Shown piece by piece: positions 55,690 through 64,000 of a DNA stretch of 64,000 nt; positions within the stretch are counted from its first letter, which is position 1, and each line of letters opens with the position of its first letter. Made by a program: the position numbers and the translations under genes. Under the pieces are notes generated by a model, which was given only the letters and a program-made list of their open reading frames with translations, searched no databases and was not told where the DNA came from. Origin of the DNA: Octopus sinensis (Eukaryota); the NCBI RefSeq assembly GCF_006345805.1, contig NC_043000.1:37572001-37636000 (forward strand). The letters are read 5' to 3'.

Positions 55690-56735
55690 TGTATATGGTA
55701 CAAAGAAATATCCGACTTGCAGCATGGATTTCTACCCTGAAGATCTTGCCTAACAAATCTTCTCCTTCTTGAAGAATGGATTACAAATACCATGGATAAA
55801 AAAGACTTGGTGGGCGTGGTATTTTTGGACTTCGCAAAGGCATTTGACTCCGTTAATCATTGACTTCTCTTGCGCAAACTTCGAGCATTCAAGATTCATC
55901 CATTGTTGACTTTGTGGATTTCTTCCTTCCTGAGCTATCGAACCTTTTGGGTGCAGATAAATGGAGATCTCTCAGCGGAGACGAATGCATGCAGCGGCGT
56001 TCCCCATGGGTCGGTGCTGGGGCCAATACTTTTCCTTCTCTATACCAACGACCTGTCAGATTTTCTTGATGGAAGAGTTCTCCTATTTGCAGACGACGTC
56101 AAACTTGTCTCACCTAGGAAACAATACGACATACTCCAATTGTCGCTGAACCGAGCTTGGAATTGGGCGGAAGAATGGAATCTGAACTTGAACGCCTCAA
56201 AATGCAGCCATTTGCCAATAGGTTCACCTCCAAACTCTCCCTTGACTATTGGCCACAAACATCAACATCTTAAGATGGTCACTGAAGAAAAGGATCTCAG
56301 CATAATGATCGATACTACTTTCAAACTACCACCGCAGGGTATTGAGGCGGCGAACAAAGCCAGAAGGAATCTTTTTCTCATCCACCGATCCTTTGCTAAC
56401 CTTTCAATGGACGTCATTTGGCCTGTATATATCACTCTAGTTCGACCCATCCTCGAATATTACATCCATACCTCAAACCCATATCTCCAGAAAGACATTC
56501 AGCACCAGGAATGGGTTCAGCACTTGGCCACCCGAATGGGCGCGGGCTTGTCTAAGCTTGCGTAAGATGAACATCTCCGAAGGCTGGCATTGCCTTCACT
56601 AAAACGACGGAGGATGCAGGGAGATCTCATCCGACTTTCAACATCTTCAACGGACATTTAAGCCTACCATTTACGGAGATTTTCACCGCTGCGCCGGATA
56701 GAGGTCTTCGTGGGCATGATCGCAAACTCTTCCTG
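55690..56735 (+). pseudogene. CR1-like LINE reverse transcriptase domain
   Basis: QHGFLP*RSCLTNL...VFLDFAKAFDSVNH*LLLRKL...SGVPHGSVLGPILFLLYTNDL...LLFADDVKL...RGHDRKLFL. Confidence 0.92.
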
Positions 56736-56799
56736 ACACTTATGTCCGTATCGCAGCCCGTGCATAATCCAAGCGAATTCTTTGATCCCACAACTCAAG

Positions 56800-57365
56800 T
56801 GCAGAGACACAACTTAAAATTAATATCATGGAAGTTGATATATTTGCGGCTATTAATGATTTAGGCCCAAACTCAGCATCTGTACCATATAGTATTCCAG
56901 TTATATTGCTAAAAAACGTGCAAAACCCACCTCATGAAATCATTAAAGGTACTGTATCAAAAGTCGCCAGATACCGCCATATTCCCGAGACTATTGAAAG
57001 AAACTATAATAAAACCTATATAGGTACAAAGAAGGTAGCAGTGCTGAAGCTAAAAATTACAGACCTGTTTCCCTCACGTCTTACACGTCTAAAATTATCC
57101 AATGCCTTGTCCGAAGACAAAAAATAATAACATACATGGAGCAAAACAACATAGATGACACTCGGTATAGGTTTCGGACTGAAGGAAGGTAGCTGTCACA
57201 ATTCTTACAGCATCATGACACTACCTCTAATAATCTCTTAAGAGGAAACATCATTGACTGTTAAAACCCTGATATTGTTAAGGTGTTTGACAAGACTCAT
57301 CATAGAATCATCTGTCATAATTTAGGAAATCTTGGAATCCCACGAAAAGTCGGAGAATGGTATAG
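56800..57365 (+). pseudogene. Older CR1/L2-like RT fragment
   Basis: AAINDLGPNSASVPYSIPVILLKN...KVFDKTHHRIICHNLGNLGI..KVGEW. Confidence 0.65.
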
Positions 57366-57374
57366 AATGGATTT

Positions 57375-58406
57375 CTCGAAAATTTTCTGGAGAGTTCCGA
57401 GGATTTTCGAACTTCCGGGAAATTTGATCGAAAAGTTTTTGGAAAGTTCCGAGGATATTCTAACTTCCGGGAAATTTGGTCGAAAACATCCTAGGATTTT
57501 CTAACCTTCGGGAAATTTGGTCGAAAACTGCCTTGGAAGTTCCGAGGATGTGCTAACTTCCGAGAAATTTGGTCGAAAATTTTCTGGAAAATTCCGAGGA
57601 TTTTCCAACTTCCGGGAAATTTGGTCGAAAATTTTTTGGAAAGTTCCGAGGATATTCTAACTTCCGGGAAATTTGGTCGAAAACATCCTAGGATTTTCAA
57701 ACCTTCGGGAAATTTGGTCGAAAACTGCCTTGGAAGTTCCGAGGATGTTCTAAGTTAAGAGGAAATTCGGCCGAAAGTTTCTAGAAAGTTCCGAGGATAT
57801 TATGACTTCCTGGAAATTTTGTCGAAAATTGCCTGGAAACTTCCGAGGATTTCCTAACTTCCGGGAAATTTGGTCGAAATATTTCTGGAAAGTTCCGAGG
57901 ATTTTTTAAACTTCCGAGAAGTTTAGTCGAAAAGCATCTGGAATGTTCCGAGGGTATTCTAACTTCTGGGAAATTTGGTCGAAAACATCCTGGAAAGTTC
58001 TGAGGATTTTCTAACTTCCTGGAAATTTGGTCAAAAGTGGCCTGGGAAGATCCGAGGATATTTTAACTTCCGGGAAATTTGGTTGAAAACTGCCTGGGAA
58101 GTTCCGAGGATTTTATAACCTCCGGGAAATTTGGGCGAAAAGTTTCTGGAAAGATCCAAGGAGTTTGTAACTCCCGGGAAATTTGGTTAAAAACTGCTTG
58201 GGTAGTTCCGAGGATTTTATAACTTCCGGGAAATTTGGTAGAAAAATTTCTGGAAAGTTCCGAGGATATTCTAACTTCTGGAAAATTTGGTTGAAAAGTT
58301 TTAGAGATGTTCCGAGGATATTCTAACTTCCGGGAAATTTGGTCGAAACATCTTGGGAAGTTCCGAGGATTTTCTAACCTTCGGGAAATTTTGTCGAAAC
58401 TGCCTG
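57375..58406. repeat. 52-bp minisatellite, ~20 units, quasi-palindromic
   Basis: Typical unit AACTTCCGGGAAATTTGGTCGAAAATTTTYTGGAAAGTTCCGAGGATATTCT. Some units are shortened, and a higher-order repeat links ~57455-57550 with ~57650-57745. Confidence 0.95.
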
Positions 58407-58429
58407 TTAATTTTTGCGGATTGCATTGT

Positions 58430-58930
58430 TTTAGCAACAACATCGTGCCGCATAGGGGAGGTAGTACCGTGACGACATTTTAGGACAGCTGCTACTCACA
58501 TGCGTGAGGTCTTCCACAGAAACACGACATAGCCTACACATGCGGTTGCACCTTCGGATTACAAGTGCGTCACTGTCTCTCTTGTTCACCAGGTACTTTG
58601 TCACAATTTCCTGTTCTTGGATTGCAAACGTATTATGTATGTATGTATGTACGTACGTACGTAGAGGCAAACATTCACATTCCTTTGCATTGTTTGATTT
58701 CTTTGACATCTCACAAGCTGGTTAATACATACCTGATAGACAAGACAGCTATTCAACACCATTCTGTGCTGCTTCAGAATAGCCACGTTTTTGACGTTTA
58801 CATCATCAGCAAGAACCTGTTCAATGTTAAAAGATTTAAACAGTGAAATCAATAAATTAATATTTATTTCAGTTGTTCTGAAATGATGATCCGTTTTAAT
58901 ACATTGGTATATCTTCTCCAATAATTAAAC
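58430..58930 (-). pseudogene. R4/Dong-like LINE fragment with zinc knuckle
   Basis: FAIQEQEIVTKYLV...CRLCRVSVEDLTHVSSSCPKMSSRYYLP; same subfamily as 24750-25400. Confidence 0.8.
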
Positions 58931-59360
58931 TGTCAAAGACGTCAAGTACAATAGATATATATGTGGTTATGTGGCACTTCAAACACTCCTCGTCGTACAA
59001 CTACAATAACCATTCATCAAAGCTCATTTACCATGTGTGAATTTGTATTTACGGATCAATATGTAAATACACACACACGAACACACACACACAGATACAC
59101 ACACACATGGTGTGCAAATTTGTGTTTATTTATCTATATGTATATGCATGTAGATACACATACACTTACATATACGGCTATGTCTGAGTGTGTGTGTGTG
59201 TGTGTGTGTGCGTGAGTTTGCGTGTGTGATTGTATGTGTGTGTGTATGTATAGGAATTGCAAATCTGCATTTAGGTATCTAAATACAGTATGTATGTGAA
59301 TCTAGACATACTGTTTATTCACAAATAGATATATGATTATATATATGTATGTATATATAA

Positions 59361-59394
<34 letters not shown>

Positions 59395-59501
59395 GTATTC
59401 ATATTTATGTATGTATATACGTTTACATGTGTGTGTGTGTGTGTGTACTCACACATGTATCACTGAGGGTATATGCGTATATTTAATAACGTTGAACAGA
59501 A

Positions 59502-59538
<37 letters not shown>

Positions 59539-59753
59539 CTGTTTGTGTGTGTAAACTTGCATTTATGCATGTAGTGGTTCGTTATTCGTAGACTGTTGTG
59601 TGTATGTTTAAATAAACGTATTAACCCGTCTAAACATTGACGTTTACATAATTCCACATGCAGTCACATATCATACATACATTCCCCAATGCATTCCCAG
59701 CCGATATTTACACACATTATAATATACATTTGCAAACCTAATCACATCACATC

Positions 59754-59797
<44 letters not shown>

Positions 59798-60279
59798 CAT
59801 AAATACACACACGTTTGCGCAAATATACGCGCAGATACAAATACGTACGTGCACACACACACACACACACACTGAGACACACACACACTTGTACCTATAT
59901 GCACATACACCCATACGCACAGCCATCTTAATCTATAATGCCTATAGCTGTAACATATGGTAACCTTTGTCCTTGCATATGTAATTTAAAATTTAGAACT
60001 GCATTGCCAGATAACACAATCAATTCAATCATTTGTCATTTACACAAGATAAACTGTGCCTCCTCCCACTTCCTTCTTCTTCTCCTCCTCCTCCTCCTCC
60101 TCCACATTCTTCTCTTTCCCTTTACCCCCTCCCCGCCCACCTCGTTCGCCTTAAACAATAGACGTACACTTGCCGTTAAGAAGTTCGCTTCAAAGCCATG
60201 TGGTTTCTGATTGGATTCTTGAACAAAACTGTGTTTTCTGCCAAAGCATGTGCTTGACCAATAGCTATAGCTCTTATAT

Positions 60280-60500
60280 TCTATCTTTTACTTGTTTCAA
60301 TCATTAGAATATGCCCATGCTGGAGCACCACCTGAAGAATATTTTATGCTTTGTTTATCTTAATCTAGTACTTATAATGTCAGTCCCTTTTGTCGAATAG
60401 CTAAGTTGCGGGGACTTAAACATGCCAACATCGGTTGTCAAGCTGTTTTAGAAGAGACAAACACAGACAAAATCTCTCTCTATCTCTCACACACATACAT
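60280..60500 (-). mobile_element. Decayed 3' part of the CORE-type SINE
   Basis: ttgtttcaatca...ccatgctggagcaccac...agtactta...ctaagtt...catcggttgtcaag. Confidence 0.65.
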
Positions 60501-60511
60501 ACATACATACA

Positions 60512-60547
<36 letters not shown>

Positions 60548-62049
60548 TCTGTAAGTATAATATGTGACAATTATTCGGTAGCCATGATAAAACTCCGAGT
60601 TTCGGATGTCAGGATGGAAATCCACGCCGCCATCTCTTCAGTTACTGGGTCATAGTAAATGCTATGAAAACGACCGTTAAACAAAGGGAAATTACTGTGT
60701 GATTGACCGTTATTAAGACAAAAGAGCTACTAGAATGACCTCTAAGTAAGGGGAAGGAGTCCTATTACTTTTTATTCGTATTGATTATTTTTTACACTTT
60801 TTTACACTTTTTTCTGTATTTTGCCTTTAGTCCTGTTTTTTCTTGTGCATGTGCGTATATAGACGTGTGTGTGAACCTTTTTTGTGCGCGCGTGTGTGTG
60901 CGAGCGTGTTTGTGGGTATGTATATATTTTTTTGGCGAATGCATGGGTGAGCATATATGTGTGTGTTTCAAGCGGGGAAGGATGAATATATACATATAGG
61001 CACATATACGTAGGTTTTCGGGCGCGCATGTGTATGCATCGATGTGCGCGCTTACGCGATTGCTATGAACATTTTACTGCATTCCATGTTGCTTTAGCTG
61101 GCAAAAGTGAGTAATCGTGCGGCAGACTGGCGTCCAGTCCAGGGGGAATATGTACGCCATAGAGACCGGGAGACCGGCCCCTATCAGTCTATATAACTCG
61201 GGAAGGAGATAACACATTGCGACACATTGTTTCTCATTGTCACCAATTCAAGTCTTCTTTTATCATCGCAACATTACAAAGGTAACCATCAGAAAAATAT
61301 TTTGACAGATTGCATGACGAGCTATACTTGAAATGAAGTGTTCTTTACTCTCATATATAAATGACAGCTAAACGAGGCGTCTTTCCATATACCTCACTCA
61401 AGTAAGGCCAATGTCCTTCAAAATCTAAAATGTTTCCTTCACAAAATGTCATTCACTTCCGACAAAATTGATAAAAGTCAACCAACAAGCCTCCACGCGA
61501 TACATTTGTAGATTAGTAAAGAGAGTAAAGCCATAACTTTCAAAAAATCCCAATGGATCGAGATCCTTCAAAAAACAGACTCAGTGTTTTCATAACGCAA
61601 CAACACAACAATCTCCATCATAAATACTGTAATAGTTACATTGCATTCAAAAATACCGTTCCCATCAGGTGAATACAGGTAAAAATTAACAATCAGAACT
61701 TCTTGCAAAACAGAACATAGTGTCAGATGACACAACCGACCTGATTTCGGCAGGAGTGTACGCTTGAATGACTTTGATGATACATTGTGTATTCTGTCAG
61801 TTACTTGTGAATGTACGCATAACTGGAAGGACAAATCCGTATTTACTTTAGTTAAGTGCGTGTGTGTCAGTGTAGATGGTCGGTGCACAGGTGCGCTATC
61901 ACCGACTCTACCTTGCTGTTTTTACTATTTAAATACCTGATTCTATCGGATCCTGAAAATTTATATAAGCATACATACATAGTTGAGATTTATAGAAAAA
62001 CAAAAGACGAAGATAGGTGTATGAACAACAAGCAAATATATTAATTTTA

Positions 62050-62385
62050 ACTTACACTCGCCTCCTTATGAGAGCTCAAAATCTCTCGTGGAAGCGTCAT
62101 CCAACCAAAGTACAAATATATGGAAAATTACCACCTGTATCATCTCTAGTGAAAGGGAGAAGCATCCAGTTTGCTGGATATTGTTGTAGAGCTGAAAACG
62201 AAGCAATTCTCTGGAAGCCATCTGCTCGCGATACCAGAGGGCGCACACTCTCCTACCCTGATGTAATCTCCAGGGATACAGGCATCCAGCAACAGGACCT
62301 CCGTAATGCTATGATGGACCGTGAAGTCTGGTGTAACATAGTAAATTCCATTGTCTCGGCCACGGCCGAACAATGATGATGATGA
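62050..62385 (+). pseudogene. 5'-truncated RTE-like LINE inserted in the family B Penelope-like tail (61975-62520)
   Basis: LSWKRHPTKVQIYGKLPPVSSLVKGRSIQFAGYC...DLRNAMMDREVW, a (GAT)n tail, and ATTAATTT on both sides as a likely TSD. Confidence 0.8.
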
Positions 62386-62412
62386 TTAATTTGAGGCTCG
62401 GGAAAAATGAAG

Positions 62413-62450
62413 TCTTTTACGTTTCGAGCCTACGATCTTCAACAGAAAGA
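62413..62450 (-). ncRNA. Family B minimal hammerhead motif with an A6-to-U core change
   Basis: TCTTT-CTGTTGA-A-GAT-CGTAGG-CTC-GAAAC-GTA-AAAGA. Stem I is a perfect 5 bp, with an ACGT palindrome and a GUA triplet. Confidence 0.55.
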
Positions 62451-62764
62451 ATAAAATAAAATAAACAGAGAGAGAATGAAAAAAAAGCTTGTAGAGTTCA
62501 GTGGTTCAATATGACATACATGTATACATACATACAAACATACATACATACATACATACATGTATGCATGCATACATGCATACATACATGCATACATACA
62601 TGCATACATACATACATACATACATACATACACAGATGAAAAGTGAAAAAATGTATAATAAATAAACAAACGATAGGTAAAAGACGTATGACGTATACTG
62701 AGTGTACAACTGGACAGGAGACGGACACAAAAGGTCTCTAAGTCTTCATTAATCCTCAGTCAAA

Positions 62765-63125
62765 TGGTATTACTCAGTTTCACACCATTAATTTTACATA
62801 TATAGATATATATGTATGTATACCTAAAAAGTACCATCTGAACGTGGTCGATGCCAGTGCCTCCTGACTGGCTTCCGTGGTGGTGGCATATAAAAAGTAC
62901 TATCCGAACATGATCGAAGCAAGTGCCGCCTGACTGGCGCATGTGCCGGTGGCACGTAAAAGGCATCCACTGCACTCTCGGAGTGGTTGGCGTTAGGAAG
63001 GGCATCCAACTGTAGAAACATTACCAGATCAGACTGGAGCCTGGTGCACCTGCTGGCTTTCCAGACCTTACTCAGACCGTCCAACCCATGCCAGCATGGA
63101 AAGCAGACGTTAAACAATGACGATG
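62765..63125 (-). mobile_element. Copy of the repeat nested at 20453-20705 (MetaSINE-like central motif)
   Basis: ggttggcgttaggaagggcatccaactgtagaaac, the reverse complement of 20560-20595. Confidence 0.7.
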
Positions 63126-63249
<124 letters not shown>

Positions 63250-63359
63250 ATATATATGTATATACATACATATATATATAGTGAAGTATATTTGCCACTT
63301 GGAACTTGAGAAAAGTCTTGTATATTTATTGTCTCAGACAATACAAAATCCTGGAAATA

Positions 63360-64000
63360 TTGCACATCTGCTATGGGAGTTGGACGTCATATACATGTGA
63401 GCTGAGAATAACAACATTCGGTTTAATGCAGGAAAATTCCAAGTTCTGTGTTACCTGTATACAAAGCTGAACATCATGCAGACAGGATACACTGGCCCGA
63501 GAGGAATTAAAATCCCTGAATCAAAATCAGTGCGTAACTTGGGCATTGACGTGAGCAATGATGCTCATGTCACTTTCTAGGTGCATATTAACAATTTGGT
63601 AGTAAAATGCAGACGGCTAGCTGAATGGATCCTCTGACCTTTCAAAACAAGTGAAAACGAGACAATGATGGTCCTTTGAAAGGCATACGTCCTCAGCCGC
63701 TTGGACTACTGCCCCCAATTATGATCACACAATATAAAATTAACGGTTGAACTCGAGGCAATCCAACGAAACTACAAAAAGATAAAACGTCTCAATGCAA
63801 CGTATCAGCTACTGGGAAAGACTGAAAGAATTAAAACTCTTCTCCCTAGAACGAAGGCTGGAAAGATATGCAGTGATATACATCTAGGAAATGCCTGAAG
63901 ACCTCGTGCCAAACAGCAGAATGGGCCGCCACTGCATAGTGCCAAAGATCCTTGCATCTTCATCAAAATACAGGACCAGATCCTGCAGCAGATTGGGTTC
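63360..64000 (+). pseudogene. Decayed CR1/L2-like RT 3' region
   Basis: ELDVIYM*AENNNIRFNAGKFQVL...KAYVLSRLDYCPQL...ELEAIQRNY...LSYWERLKELKL.SLERRLERY. Confidence 0.85.

Noticed and set aside
57375-58406. CRISPR array or repeat-protein ORF
   Set aside because: There are no unique spacers and no cas genes, the context is eukaryotic, and a 52-bp unit is not a multiple of three.

Overview
AT-rich, microsatellite-dense animal DNA. The SINE families look like those of an Octopus-type cephalopod (inference from recall; not checked). No intact, recognisable host gene is visible, and nearly all ORFs in the supplied track are translations of (TA)n, (CA)n, (CATA)n, (GA)n or (TAA)n repeats. Most of the window is transposon debris: a full-length but inactivated pogo/Fot-like DD35D transposon with a C-terminal PHD finger (33566-36452); LINE fragments of the R4/Dong-like, HERO-like, RTE and CR1/L2-like types; several SINE families; Helentron/HINE-like elements; MITEs; and a tRNA-Asp pseudogene. 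Main hunt results: (1) three unrelated families of minimal hammerhead-ribozyme motifs of the Penelope type at six loci. One is nearly intact (53600-53642), and two flank a fold-back insertion with a 14-bp target-site duplication (31227-31778). (2) A 52-bp tandem array with four perfect heat-shock elements and repeated STAT-type motifs (57375-58406). (3) A CR1-like LINE apparently split by a ~2.2-kb inversion. (4) Several long inverted repeats. (5) A weakly supported chain of small plus-strand exons in the CpG-poor left 20 kb. Repeat boundaries were read by eye and are approximate unless a TSD or TIR is quoted.
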